Source: a virus. From it: a DNA stretch of 64,000 nucleotides. Both the position numbers and the translations under genes were made by a program. Positions 1 to 11,200 of the stretch are shown piece by piece. Position 1 is the stretch's first letter. The number at the start of each line of letters is the position of its first letter. Location: positions 64,001 through 128,000 of IMG/VR virus record IMGVR_UViG_3300025674_000016; one strand, 5' to 3'. The notes under the pieces were generated by a model. The model saw nothing but the letters and a program-made list of their open reading frames with translations. It had not been told where the DNA came from and did no database searches.

Positions 1-852
1 CAGAATGTTCTTAAAAACTATAGATTACCGATACTAGGTGGCTTGCGAAGGGACTACGCAGGCTTTGTACCTAGCTTGCCGTTACAAATAAAGTCACTAT
101 TTCTAAACTCCAGTTTGTCTGGTAGAGGATTAGTAAAACAACTTGTTCATTCAAATCAAACAGACAATTTTTTTACAGATAAAAACTTTTTAAAAGACCC
201 CGTTAAAATGATATCATTTTATTTAAAATATATGAGCATAATGGAAATTGAAGTCTTGACTGGGTTTGAGCAAACAATACAACAAATTGAGATACCTTCT
301 ATTCTTGGAATAAGGGCCAACATACAAACGGATGAGGAAAGCACTGCTTCTAGAACTGACTTTCATATGAAAAGCCCAGTATGGAGGCTCCTTACGAAAG
401 AGCTATTTTCAACATTTGTAAATGAAGGCATAGAAATGTTTTGCAGAGCCAGACCATATGTTGACTCTCAACTAATGATAAAACCACTAAAAGGACTTCA
501 ACTACCTGTTTATGATCAGCATTTTATTATCAAGCCGTCATCTAACTTGGTTGGGAATATTAATGTTGCAGATTCAATTGTAAACGAAACTACTTCTCAA
601 GCTCAAGAGAGAGTCGCTAGAAGGGTAGAAAATGAATTAAGAAATATACAGAATGATCTAATTATTCTAGAAAGAAATATTGTTGGAATGAGAACGGAAT
701 TTCTTACTACAAATGGTGTTGTTGCAGGAAACACATCTCAAGTTAGACAGTCTGGGACGCAAGATGCTATAGAAAGCAATACACCAAATAACAATCAAGC
801 TAGTAGCAATGTTACGGCACCTAGAGGCCCAAGCGGAGACTCAGGCTACTAA
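1..852 (+). CDS. hypothetical protein, 5'-truncated (probably virion structural)
   Basis: Frame is open from base 1, with no stop upstream of the ORF-track start at 43; adjacent to putative baseplate genes. Confidence 0.6.
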   Translation, partial: QNVLKNYRLPILGGLRRDYAGFVPSLPLQIKSLFLNSSLSGRGLVKQLVHSNQTDNFFTDKNFLKDPVKMISFYLKYMSIMEIEVLTGFEQTIQQIEIPSILGIRANIQTDEESTASRTDFHMKSPVWRLLTKELFSTFVNEGIEMFCRARPYVDSQLMIKPLKGLQLPVYDQHFIIKPSSNLVGNINVADSIVNETTSQAQERVARRVENELRNIQNDLIILERNIVGMRTEFLTTNGVVAGNTSQVRQSGTQDAIESNTPNNNQASSNVTAPRGPSGDSGY

Positions 853-863
853 AAGGGAACAAA

Positions 864-3569
864 ATGTCCACACAAGATTGCCCACCAGTAATACCCCCAA
901 GCAATATAGGCGGCGTTGAAACACGGCAAATTGCCACTGAAAGCCCTGCGTCTCTTGCGAGACCTAGAACAATAGGCAAAAATAAAACTGTTATTGATAG
1001 TGAAAATTTTCAAGTTTTTCCAGAAAGAATGTATAGACAAGGGCCAACACCATTTACAGAAGAGAGGCGTGCAGGTGAAATAAGCCAAGAGTGGATTGAT
1101 TATGGGAAATCTGGGTATGATGGCACTAAGATAGAAGATAGATTTAGATTTGAGTCTAGGTGCTTTTGGACAACATTTGAATTTGGGTCATCAAGAACTA
1201 GCGAATCCTTGAGATATCCCTTGAGATATATAGACAATAATATTTTTAACGCTACTAGTGCTGGAACTAAAAATAGATTCGCGTTTAACCTCCAAACAGA
1301 TGAGGTCGAGACCGGTATTACTGGTCCGGAGAAGTGGTATCCTAGCGGTGATTATATTCCTGATATTTTAAAAGATTTCTGCACAAAGCAGCAGTTCAAG
1401 ATTATTAGGAGACTTGAGAATTTTAGAAATGTTACCACGCAATTTAAAACTTATGTTGAAGGAGGAGAAATCGAAGGGTTCTATTTTGAGCCCCTCTTTG
1501 ATAAAACTAAAACCTTCTTTGATCATTGTCACATAACAAATGTACCATTTTTCCCAAAAGAATTGGAAAAGGTAAACAATATAAACAACCCAGCGATAGT
1601 CTCAATAGATTCGGAATATAATTTCAGAATATCAAAATATGAGCAATCAATAAGCAGTATAACGAATGGTGTTAGCAACAACGATGTTCTTCTTCCAAAT
1701 ATGTATGTTTTTTTATTCGACAAAAAAAGAGAAAATTTGGGCCTAGATACATCTATATTTAAGAGTCATTTAACTCTGGGTGGTCTTTTACCAAACGAAA
1801 CCATAGATTCTCACGAAGGTCAATATTTTGATAATTGGGGCAGAGCCTTTTCTGCTGGTAGTGATGATTTTAGACCTATAGCTCAATTACTTTCCAAATA
1901 TAGACTACTTTTCTTATCTCCAAATGATATAGAACTATTTAACAACTACAATGATAAGAGATTCTTGTTCCCAATGTATGTTGATTTGCAGTTCTCGACA
2001 GATAGAGAAACTTTCATAGCAGACGCTATAAGAGAATCACAACTTACGATTGCCCTTATGAAAGCCGCCAGTTTGAGCGTTGATTCTTCTCTTTGGGGGG
2101 CCTTCCCCTGGACCAAGCACAAAGCAAGAAATAAAAGATTCACAACAGCTACTGAAATATTGTCAACTGTTGGAGCGCCAAGAAAACAAGTTAGAATAAT
2201 AAGAAACAGACAAAAGAAAATATTAGATATTGCTGCTTGGTGGGAAAGATTTAAAGATCTAGAGTGGTATCAATTAGACAACGAAACAGATGAAAGATCT
2301 GTAATTATGAGCACCTCACTACCAGAAGTCTTTATTTCTGAAAATAGTCAATATAACTTTGCAAGAGCAATAATGTCCTTGGTTTTTTCAGGCAAACTAA
2401 GGCAGATATTAAAAGATAGAATAAGAACATTTGAAGAAATAATGACTGGCAAGCCAGCATATTCTGAGACTTTATTTTATAAAATATCAAAATACCAAGA
2501 AGACGCTAACGGATCAATTAGAGGCAGGCCGATTCAAGAAATATTTGTTCCAAATTCAAGTGAGTTAAATATTTTTAGATATATTGATACACAAGTTGCT
2601 TTTGGAAAACAATATAGATACGTTGTTTATGCTTATGATCTTGTGTTAGGTACTGAATACCAATATAAAGTGCCCGATGGTCAAGATGATTTCATGGATG
2701 GTTTCGCCTCGGCTAGAGTAGAAGTCTTTATGAAGCCTTCGATACAACTAGTCGAAAATCCCTTAGTCAGTACAAGAACCAGCGTTACAGATAGGCCGCC
2801 AATGCCACCAGATGTCGATATCATACCTTATAAAAATGTAAACAATGAAATATTATTCAATTTTAATAGTGTGATTGGAGAGATGACAGCAATGCCCATA
2901 GCATTTACGCCCGAAGATGTTCAAGCTATTGCAAAAATAAGACAAAATAGAGGATTGAGTGCAAACTCCCCAATTGAATTTAAGACAGACGATCTATTAG
3001 ATTATATAGAAATATACAGAACTACGTTTAGGCCAACGAGATATTCTGATTTTGCTAACTTTTTTCACAACTCTGTTGAATCGGACCTAAATGCATCGGC
3101 CAGAGATGACTTTAACCAAGATTCATCAACATTTAAACTATCAGCTACTTCAATTGTTGATGAGTTGAGGCCAAATGTAAAATACTATTATACATTCAGG
3201 GCGGTCGATATAAGAGGAAATAAGTCAAACCCAACTCCTGTCTACTTAGTAGAGATGGTGAGTAGAGATGGCGTTGCTTATCCTAGAGTAAAGATTGTGG
3301 ACATGAAGCCAGTAATGCCAGAAAAATCCACAAAACAGATGAAAAAATATATTAAAATAGCTCCGTCCGTAATTCAGACAGAACCGAATTTTTCAAACAT
3401 GGAAGAATCCTCAACAGCCGCCGATTTGAATTTATCTCTGGGGAACGTGGAAGATTCTTTATTTGCCAAGCATCCACAAAAAAATAAAATAAAAGTTAGA
3501 TTAACCTCAAAAGAGACAGGAAAGAAAATAGATGTTAATTTAAACTTTACTCACAAACATAATAGATAA
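864..3569 (+). CDS. large putative structural/baseplate protein with Fn3-like beta segments
   Basis: 901 aa; YRYVVYAY and VKYYYTFRAVDIRGNKSNP resemble Fn3 strands; gene context. Confidence 0.45.
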   Translation: MSTQDCPPVIPPSNIGGVETRQIATESPASLARPRTIGKNKTVIDSENFQVFPERMYRQGPTPFTEERRAGEISQEWIDYGKSGYDGTKIEDRFRFESRCFWTTFEFGSSRTSESLRYPLRYIDNNIFNATSAGTKNRFAFNLQTDEVETGITGPEKWYPSGDYIPDILKDFCTKQQFKIIRRLENFRNVTTQFKTYVEGGEIEGFYFEPLFDKTKTFFDHCHITNVPFFPKELEKVNNINNPAIVSIDSEYNFRISKYEQSISSITNGVSNNDVLLPNMYVFLFDKKRENLGLDTSIFKSHLTLGGLLPNETIDSHEGQYFDNWGRAFSAGSDDFRPIAQLLSKYRLLFLSPNDIELFNNYNDKRFLFPMYVDLQFSTDRETFIADAIRESQLTIALMKAASLSVDSSLWGAFPWTKHKARNKRFTTATEILSTVGAPRKQVRIIRNRQKKILDIAAWWERFKDLEWYQLDNETDERSVIMSTSLPEVFISENSQYNFARAIMSLVFSGKLRQILKDRIRTFEEIMTGKPAYSETLFYKISKYQEDANGSIRGRPIQEIFVPNSSELNIFRYIDTQVAFGKQYRYVVYAYDLVLGTEYQYKVPDGQDDFMDGFASARVEVFMKPSIQLVENPLVSTRTSVTDRPPMPPDVDIIPYKNVNNEILFNFNSVIGEMTAMPIAFTPEDVQAIAKIRQNRGLSANSPIEFKTDDLLDYIEIYRTTFRPTRYSDFANFFHNSVESDLNASARDDFNQDSSTFKLSATSIVDELRPNVKYYYTFRAVDIRGNKSNPTPVYLVEMVSRDGVAYPRVKIVDMKPVMPEKSTKQMKKYIKIAPSVIQTEPNFSNMEESSTAADLNLSLGNVEDSLFAKHPQKNKIKVRLTSKETGKKIDVNLNFTHKHNR

Positions 3570-3588
3570 AGAGAAAACAACTAAAAAC

Positions 3589-3597
3589 AACTATTTA
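3589..3597 (+). promoter_or_regulatory. putative late promoter motif AACTATTTA
   Basis: Intergenic, 23 nt before the ATG at 3621; the same motif precedes many virion genes. Confidence 0.65.
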
Positions 3598-3620
3598 ATA
3601 GGTAGTAAGGAGACTAAAAC

Positions 3621-4541
3621 ATGGGTTTTTTAGATAATTCTGGTGATATAATACTAGATGCCGTTCTAACCGATACTGGTAGAATGAGGCTGGCCAAAGG
3701 CGATGGAACTTTTAGAATTGCAAAATTTGCTTTAGGTGATGATGAAATTAATTATGAATCTTATAATAAAAACCATCCAAGCGGCTCAGCATATTTTGAT
3801 CTTGAAGTCCTTCAGACACCTGTTTTTGAAGCTTTCACAAACAACACAAGCAATTTAAAAAGCAAACTAATTTCAATTGCAAGAACAAATCTTCTTTATC
3901 TTCCGGTTCTTAAAATGGATAATCAAACTCAAAACACTAAACCGGAATCTATCAATAGCTTTAATCTCCACTTAGTTGCTGTTGACGAAGAAACAGAAGA
4001 TGCCCTCGGCCTAACTAAAATAGGCTTGTTGGCTGGCGTTACCTTGGCGTCTAGTGATAATTTTATCAGGGTGGATCAAGGACTAGATACAGATGAAATT
4101 TCATATAGTTTTACAATAGATGCGGATTTATATGAATCACAATATATACTAGAAATAGACAATAGATTGGGCCAGATCGTAACCAAACAGGGAGGAATAA
4201 CTCGCGTTTCGTTTATTGATGATGATAACATAGCGAGCTACTATTTCTCACAGGGAACAGATACTGCTTTAATTAGCTCAATAGGCCAATCTAGCGAGCA
4301 AGACTCGCAAGTCATAGATGGGCCAAGAGGATCGCGCATTGAATTTAAAATTAAATCCTCAATAGAACTAACAACTAGTAACTTTTTATTTACACAACTA
4401 GGCGGAAGAGTAGATGTTACTGGTGCTTCCCCCGGCACGGGTTTAACTAATGCTTATTATATTGACAGCACTGTTAGAGTAACTGGTGCAACCACAGGCT
4501 ATAGAATTGATATACCAATCAGATTTATCAAAAAAGCATGA
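3621..4541 (+). CDS. putative baseplate/structural protein
   Basis: N-terminus DAVLTDTGRMRLAKG..IAKFALGDDEINY resembles tail-fibre-attachment/baseplate N-terminal domains; AGGAG RBS. Confidence 0.55.
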   Translation: MGFLDNSGDIILDAVLTDTGRMRLAKGDGTFRIAKFALGDDEINYESYNKNHPSGSAYFDLEVLQTPVFEAFTNNTSNLKSKLISIARTNLLYLPVLKMDNQTQNTKPESINSFNLHLVAVDEETEDALGLTKIGLLAGVTLASSDNFIRVDQGLDTDEISYSFTIDADLYESQYILEIDNRLGQIVTKQGGITRVSFIDDDNIASYYFSQGTDTALISSIGQSSEQDSQVIDGPRGSRIEFKIKSSIELTTSNFLFTQLGGRVDVTGASPGTGLTNAYYIDSTVRVTGATTGYRIDIPIRFIKKA

Positions 4542-4558
4542 TAAAATAGAGGAATAAA

Positions 4559-5641
4559 ATGGCTACCACTTTTAAAACATTGACAAATAATGATGTAACT
4601 AGCACAAGGACTTTGCTACACGAGGCTATTCCAATTACTGGCACAATAGTCTCTGGTACATATGATGAGTCGGCTACCGCTACTTCAAACATTAAAAATT
4701 ATTCTCATGGACTATTCCAGTCTGTATATGATTATCCATATTTAAGTTCTTCTGCAAATCAGATTTTTGATCTTACTGTTGGTTATTCAAGTGATTCTGG
4801 GCTGTCTGGCTCTAGTGCTGGGCACACGCAGAATGCAAAGAAAATTAATCTATATAATCAAATGGCTCAAGTTCTAGTTGGATTTGATGAAAACGGCAAT
4901 ATTCAGAATTTTGATAGAGATGGAGATCTAACGGCGGGAAACAAGATAACAGAAGCCGTTTTTATTAACTTTGCAAGGCTGCTGACAAAAGACGAAATCA
5001 AAAAAGAATCTTTTACTTTAAAAGTTTTAACGGGAAGCACAACAACTGCTCCAACCGACTTGTTGACAATAAGTGACTATGGAGCAGCAACAGCATATAA
5101 AATTAACTCACCTGCTGGTGAATATGGCGTTTTGTATACTTCATCTGCCACACCAAATTCTAATTCTGGTGTTGGACTGATCTATTATCAAGCTGGTGTT
5201 GCTGTATTGACTGCCTCGATATTTTCTGACGATCCTAGCAGCCCAACAACCTTCTGTGACTTCGGCTCACCAGCAGATTTTAAAACCTCTGCTGAGGGTG
5301 GGATCGAAGCAGCACTTACTGGGTCGAGCATAACCGGATCGGCAGACGGATTAAGAAACAGGTTGAATAATTTACAATTCAACAACACAACAGAACTAAA
5401 CAGTACAATCTATTTCTGCCGAGCAAATCATAATGATTTTAATTATAGCTCAAACCCAACTTATTTAAACGGCAGTAAATTAAGAGTTAAAAACAACTCT
5501 ATGGATTCGCCAGTTAGCTATATAACAACAGTTGGGCTTTATTCAGCAGACAACGAGCTTTTAGCAGTTGCAAAGCTATCAGAGCCTATTAAAAAAACCC
5601 CAGAAACAGAATTAACTTTAAGAGTTAGGCTAGATTATTGA
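4559..5641 (+). CDS. putative baseplate/tail-fibre attachment protein
   Basis: C-terminal YITTVGLYSADNELLAVAKLSEPIKK motif typical of myophage baseplate/fibre-collar domains. Confidence 0.55.
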   Translation: MATTFKTLTNNDVTSTRTLLHEAIPITGTIVSGTYDESATATSNIKNYSHGLFQSVYDYPYLSSSANQIFDLTVGYSSDSGLSGSSAGHTQNAKKINLYNQMAQVLVGFDENGNIQNFDRDGDLTAGNKITEAVFINFARLLTKDEIKKESFTLKVLTGSTTTAPTDLLTISDYGAATAYKINSPAGEYGVLYTSSATPNSNSGVGLIYYQAGVAVLTASIFSDDPSSPTTFCDFGSPADFKTSAEGGIEAALTGSSITGSADGLRNRLNNLQFNNTTELNSTIYFCRANHNDFNYSSNPTYLNGSKLRVKNNSMDSPVSYITTVGLYSADNELLAVAKLSEPIKKTPETELTLRVRLDY

Positions 5642-5662
5642 TCTACCCTCTAGGCTTAGTTT

Positions 5663-6826
5663 ATGTCTTATTACAAATTCAAGAAAAATGACATATTCTA
5701 TAATAGAATAAAAGCTCATCCATCCGTTGACTTTACAATTCATAGTGGAAATATTTATTATAATAATAGAAATATGGAGTCTGGCTCTAATGCAGACCCC
5801 GTCCTCCATGTCCCCAACGGACATATCTCTTTATATGAAATAAATGTTGATAGACCCTCTGGTGGTTTGATCTACCCTTTCGTATCTAAGGGAGGTTCTT
5901 TAACTTCATTTAGAACAGTCAACACTTCTAATTTTAATAGTGATTTTTCATACGGTGACATAATAAGTTCATCTTATCCATTAAGTGCCACGATATCAAG
6001 GGACTATATACCTCAAGCCTCGTCTGATAAAAAGCTAACGGCATTAAGAAACTCAATTAATTACTATAGAAACCTAAGTAGTCATTTCCAATTTTCTGGT
6101 ACTGTTGCTCCTAATCACACCAGAGATCTAGCAGATACAAATGTCAATTTAATAAGTATTCCAAGTATATTTTACGGAGCAAAGATAGACCCAGGATCTA
6201 TCGATCTTAAATTTTATGTTACTGGCACCCTTGTTGGCCATGCTAAAGATGAAAGAAGAAACGGAGAGCTAATACAAGTAGGTCCACAGGGTAGCACCAA
6301 CTCAGGGAGTGTTGTTGGTTTTGCCCTATACAACGAAGGTTTTATGTTGCTGACCGCATCACACGCCCTTAGTAGTCACACAGAGGCGTATCCACCTGTA
6401 GGTATCGCTTCGAATCCTAGTTGGGTTAATTTTGCGACCACTGGCAGTATTAGCTCCCCAGCGTCATCAAGTTTTGATATTGGATTTAATGGAACCACAT
6501 TCATACCAACCGTTACAATGCTTGCACACGCAAAAAAAGCAGACCTTAATTACTCAAGTAATATTACTTTTCTAGATCATGATAGTTTCTCAACAGAAAG
6601 TGAATATTCAGAAGGTTCTTTATATAGAGAACCGGAATATAATATTAAAAATACAGTGAAAAGCCCTTATAATGATCCAACTGCTAGTTTTGAAAGACAA
6701 GTTTATATTTCTAGAATTGGAATATATGATGAAGATAAAAATTTAATTGCAATAGCAAAACTAGCAACACCAGTAAGAAAAAGAGAAGCGGATTCATTAA
6801 CCTTTAAACTAAAACTTGATATATGA
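5663..6826 (+). CDS. putative baseplate protein, paralog of 4559-5641
   Basis: C-terminal VYISRIGIYDEDKNLIAIAKLATPVRK matches the upstream gene; FNYSSN/LNYSSN also shared. Confidence 0.55.
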   Translation: MSYYKFKKNDIFYNRIKAHPSVDFTIHSGNIYYNNRNMESGSNADPVLHVPNGHISLYEINVDRPSGGLIYPFVSKGGSLTSFRTVNTSNFNSDFSYGDIISSSYPLSATISRDYIPQASSDKKLTALRNSINYYRNLSSHFQFSGTVAPNHTRDLADTNVNLISIPSIFYGAKIDPGSIDLKFYVTGTLVGHAKDERRNGELIQVGPQGSTNSGSVVGFALYNEGFMLLTASHALSSHTEAYPPVGIASNPSWVNFATTGSISSPASSSFDIGFNGTTFIPTVTMLAHAKKADLNYSSNITFLDHDSFSTESEYSEGSLYREPEYNIKNTVKSPYNDPTASFERQVYISRIGIYDEDKNLIAIAKLATPVRKREADSLTFKLKLDI

Positions 6827-7362
6827 TTTTAGGATTAGATATTTCCTCATCAATTACCGGCGTGTCTATTGTTGACAACACTGGTGCAATAATCTACTGT
6901 GACCATATCGATACAAGAAATAAAAATAAGTTTCCAACCCTCTTGGACAAAGGACGATATTTAAAAGAGCAATTACAAAAAATAAAAGAACTTTATAATA
7001 TAGAAGAAATTTATATTGAAGAAAGCCTCCAAACATTTAGATCTGGCTTCTCTTCAGCAAAAACACTATCGACACTTGCAAAAATAAATGGTATTGTATC
7101 CTACTTGTGCCTTGAGGTCTTTGACCTTCATCCAACGCACATAGGCGCAACATCAGCTAGAAAGCTTTGTGGAATCAAAGTTCCACGAGGCACTAAAGCA
7201 AAACAGTTCGTTATGGACTTCCTGCTTGACAGTGATCCCACGTTCGTGGTAGAGTCTACGAGAAACGGAAACCCCAAACCCGGTTTCTATGACAGAGCAG
7301 ATTCACTGATCATCGCAAGAGCAGGACTAGAACTTTGCAAACAGAAAAAATCAAAATCCTAA
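6823..7362 (+). CDS. RuvC-like Holliday junction resolvase
   Basis: MILGLDISSSITG, IYIEE and DRADS acidic RNase H-fold motifs. Confidence 0.8.
   Translation: MILGLDISSSITGVSIVDNTGAIIYCDHIDTRNKNKFPTLLDKGRYLKEQLQKIKELYNIEEIYIEESLQTFRSGFSSAKTLSTLAKINGIVSYLCLEVFDLHPTHIGATSARKLCGIKVPRGTKAKQFVMDFLLDSDPTFVVESTRNGNPKPGFYDRADSLIIARAGLELCKQKKSKS
7226..7255 (+). promoter_or_regulatory. sigma70-like promoter upstream of primase
   Basis: TTGACA-18 nt-TAGAGT with an extended -10 TG. Confidence 0.45.
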
Positions 7363-8270
7363 AAAACACACTCGGCGGATACACAAGGCAAGGCAAGGAG
7401 CTTATGTTTCATTGCCCCAAGTGTGATCACCACAAAAACAAGCTTTCGGTCAATCTCGATAAAAACTGCTTTAAGTGTTGGGTCTGCGATTATTCAGGAC
7501 GAAAGATAAGCAGGCTGATTCGAAATCATGGCTCATTCTTTGACTACAAAGAGTGGAGAAAGTACGACGACCAGATCGAGCTTTCAGATTTTGATAAATT
7601 GCTTGAGATCTTTGAAGAGGAAGGCGAGCCAACTCTTGATTTGCCAAAAGAGTTTACTTCTCTAGTGGGTGACAATATTTTATTTAGTTCCCTCAACGCT
7701 AGAAAATATCTCAAAGATCGTGGAGTATCCAAGATGGATATCCAGAAGTATATGATGGGGCACTGCCCAAGCGGTAAATATCAAGATTACGTTGTTATCC
7801 CGTCGTTCAATATGCAAGGTGATGTTAATTTTTATGTTACCAGAAACTATAAAGGCGGGTGGCCTAACTATCTCAATCCAAGAGTTCCAAAGAACAGGAT
7901 CATCTTCAACGAGTTGTTTATTGATTTCCATCAAGAAATCACAGTTGTAGAGGGTGTTTTTGATGCAATTAAGGCTGGCAGCAATAGCGTGCCGCTGTTG
8001 GGGTCGTCTTTCTCTGAGGAATCGAAATTATTCCAAAAAATCGTTCTCTACGATACACCTGTCTATTTGGCACTAGATCGAGATGCGGAGGCAAAATCAA
8101 TCAAGATTATTAAGAAACTTTTAAACTATGGCATCGAAGTGTACAAGGTTGATACTTCGGGCTTTAGAGATGTTGGCGAGATGACAAAAGAACAGTTTAA
8201 GACAAGAAAAGAAAATGCAATGCTTATGGACCAAGAAAACACTTTGCTTTATGAGGTGCTATCGGTATGA
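7335..8270 (+). CDS. DNA primase (zinc finger + TOPRIM)
   Basis: CPKC..CWVC zinc finger; VVEGVFDA and LALDRDA TOPRIM motifs. Confidence 0.9.
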   Translation: MQTEKIKILKNTLGGYTRQGKELMFHCPKCDHHKNKLSVNLDKNCFKCWVCDYSGRKISRLIRNHGSFFDYKEWRKYDDQIELSDFDKLLEIFEEEGEPTLDLPKEFTSLVGDNILFSSLNARKYLKDRGVSKMDIQKYMMGHCPSGKYQDYVVIPSFNMQGDVNFYVTRNYKGGWPNYLNPRVPKNRIIFNELFIDFHQEITVVEGVFDAIKAGSNSVPLLGSSFSEESKLFQKIVLYDTPVYLALDRDAEAKSIKIIKKLLNYGIEVYKVDTSGFRDVGEMTKEQFKTRKENAMLMDQENTLLYEVLSV

Positions 8271-11200
8271 GAATCCTACATTGTGGTGATATCCACATTA
8301 GAAATCTTAAAAGACATGATGAATACAGACAAGTATTCAGTCAGTTTTATGAAAAGGTAAAAGAATTAAACGTTGACGCCATCTATGTTGCTGGCGACCT
8401 CGCACATACAAAGACACAACTCAGCCCAGAATACTTTGAGTTGGCTTCTGAGTTCTTGAGCTTTCTTGCAGACATCGCGCCAACGATTGTTATCCCAGGC
8501 AACCACGATGGCAACCTGAGATCAACAAAGCGTCAAGATGCCATTACGCCAATTGTTGATGCTCTTGATCACCCAAATCTGGTTCTCTTAAAGAATTCGC
8601 AAGAGATAAAAGTAAAAAAAGGTCTTGTTTTTAACCACCTTTCTGTGTTCGATCAAGATAATTGGATTGAGCCAACTGATCCCGATGCTATTAATATCGC
8701 TCTCTATCATGGCTCAATCAGCGGTTGTATGACTGATAGCGGTTGGGTTATGAAGGAGGGCGAGAATAATATTACTATTTTTGAAGAGTTTGATATGGCA
8801 ATGCTCGGTGATATTCACTTGTCCAATCAATCTCTTGATAAAGAAGGGCGATATAGATATTGTGGTAGTCTTATCCAACAATCGTTTGGCGAGACCAACG
8901 ATAAAGGTTTTCTTGTTTGGGATATCCAGGGCAAGGACGAGTTTACTGTTGAGCACCACATGCTGGAAAACCCCAGCCCATTTATTACAATTGAATTAAA
9001 TGAAGAAGGCAAGATTCCAGATGAAATAAACATCCCAGACAATGCCAGATTAAGACTAGTGTCGGACATTAATCTGCCCCTTGTAACAAGGAACAGAGCA
9101 ATCGATGTTGCCAAAGCTAGGTTTAACCCTGCTTCTGCCTTCTATTATAACCGTGGTAAAAAGCAAAGAAAAGAATTAGAGCAAGTCAAAACAATAAGCC
9201 AAGAAGATACACGGGACTTGGCGGTTCAAGAAAAGTTGATCAAAGAGTTTTTGCAGGACTACAAGGCTAGCGATGAGACTTTAAATAAAATCTTTGCATT
9301 GAACAAAAAGTACAACTCCGCTGTAGAAGAGAATGAAGACGTTTCTAGAAATATTAATTGGAAGCTTAAGTCTGTTTCGTGGGACAACTTATTCAATTAT
9401 GGAGAGGAGAACTATATTGATTTCGAAAAGCTAAACGGCATTGTTGGTATTTTCGGCAAGAACTACTCAGGAAAGTCTAGTATTATTGACTCTATTCTGT
9501 TTTCTCTATTCAACTCTACGTCCAAGAATGAAAGAAAAAATTTGAATATTATCAACCAGAACAGAGAGTGGGCTCAAGGTAAAATCGACATTGAAGTTGA
9601 TAACAAGACCTACTCTATCTTAAGGCAGTGCGAGAAGTACACAAAGAAACTCAAGGGCAAAATAACAAAGGAAGCCAAAACAGATGTGGAGTTTACTGTA
9701 ACAGATAACGCCACTGGAGATGTTGAAGAGCTTAATGGAACATCGAGAAACGATTCTGATAAAAACATCAGAAGAGTATTCGGAACTCTCGATGATTTTC
9801 TTATTACTTCAATGAGTTCCCAGGGTGGAGCACTTTCGTTCATCAACGAAGGGTCAACAAAAAGAAAGGAGCTGCTTGCAAAGTTTTTGGACTTGGAAAT
9901 CTTTGATAAAAAGTTTAAGATGGCAAAAGAAGACGCATCAGACTTGCGAGGTGCCTTAAAAAGAGTGGAAGGGCAAGAATATGCCAATGATATAAAAGAA
10001 GCAAAAGAAAATCTGTCAATCAACGAAAACAAGATCCTAGCTCAAAAAAATAAGTGCAAAAGCTTAGAAGATAACCTAGCAGCAATGCAATCCGAACTTC
10101 AAGAAGTAGAGGCACAGATTAGTTCAATACCTGCTGAGATTGTTAATGTTGCAGAGTTAAAAAATAAATTATCAAACAATCAGAAAAAGTTGGAAAAGAC
10201 GCAAAGAGAAACAGAAGCCAACAACCTTCAGATCAAAGAGTACTCTGCGAAACTTAAGAAGGCTCGTAATTTTCTAAAGGATTTTGATATCGATTCCTAC
10301 AAGAAAAAGCAGCAACAAGTCGAAGAGGTAAATAAAAAGCTTAAAAAACTATCGGAAGATGAGAGGAGCCTTCTTTCCGAGATAAGAACAAAACAGAGAA
10401 AGATTCAACTTTTGAGCGAGGTTCCATGCGGAGATGAGTTTAGAAATTGTAAATTTATTAAAGATGCATATCGAGCAAAAGACGCGATCATTAGTGACAA
10501 CAAGTCCCTAGCCAAGTTAAACGTTGATAAAGGAGCTTATTTGACCGAGATCGAGAGTTTGAACCCTGACCAAGTTGATGACTATTTGCACAAGCATGAA
10601 ATGCTGGTGCGAAAGTGTGAGGGCTGGGAAAACAGTATTTCAATGTTGGAGCTGGGAATAGAAAAAAACAAAGCAATCTGTGAGTCCCTTTCTAAAGAGA
10701 TCGGAGAACTGCAAACAAAAATCGCAGAGTACGAAAAAAATAAAGAAGCTATTGAGAACATGCAAAGCCTGCTTGAGCAAAAGAGTGGAATCACATCCTC
10801 AGTAAAACTTCAGCAAGTTAACTTGGAACATTGCAAATCTAAGGTTCTTGATCTTTACAAGGAGAATGGATCATTAGAACAAAAAATTCAAAGTCTAGAA
10901 GAAGAAAAATTGCAACTAGAAGCTCTTCGTGATGAGTATTCGAGCTACGAGTTGTTTATGCGATGTATGCACTCAAACGGCATTTCTTATGACATCATTA
11001 AAAGAAAGTTGCCCGTCATCAATGATGAGATTGCAAAGGTATTAACAAACGTTGTTGATTTTGAAGTTTTCTTTGAGGAAGACGGCAAAAAACTAAACAT
11101 CTTGATCAAACACCCAAAGTACGATGCAAGACCACTTGAGATGGGCTCAGGAGCAGAAAAAACAATTGCAGCAATGGCAATTAGATTAGCCTTGCTTTCT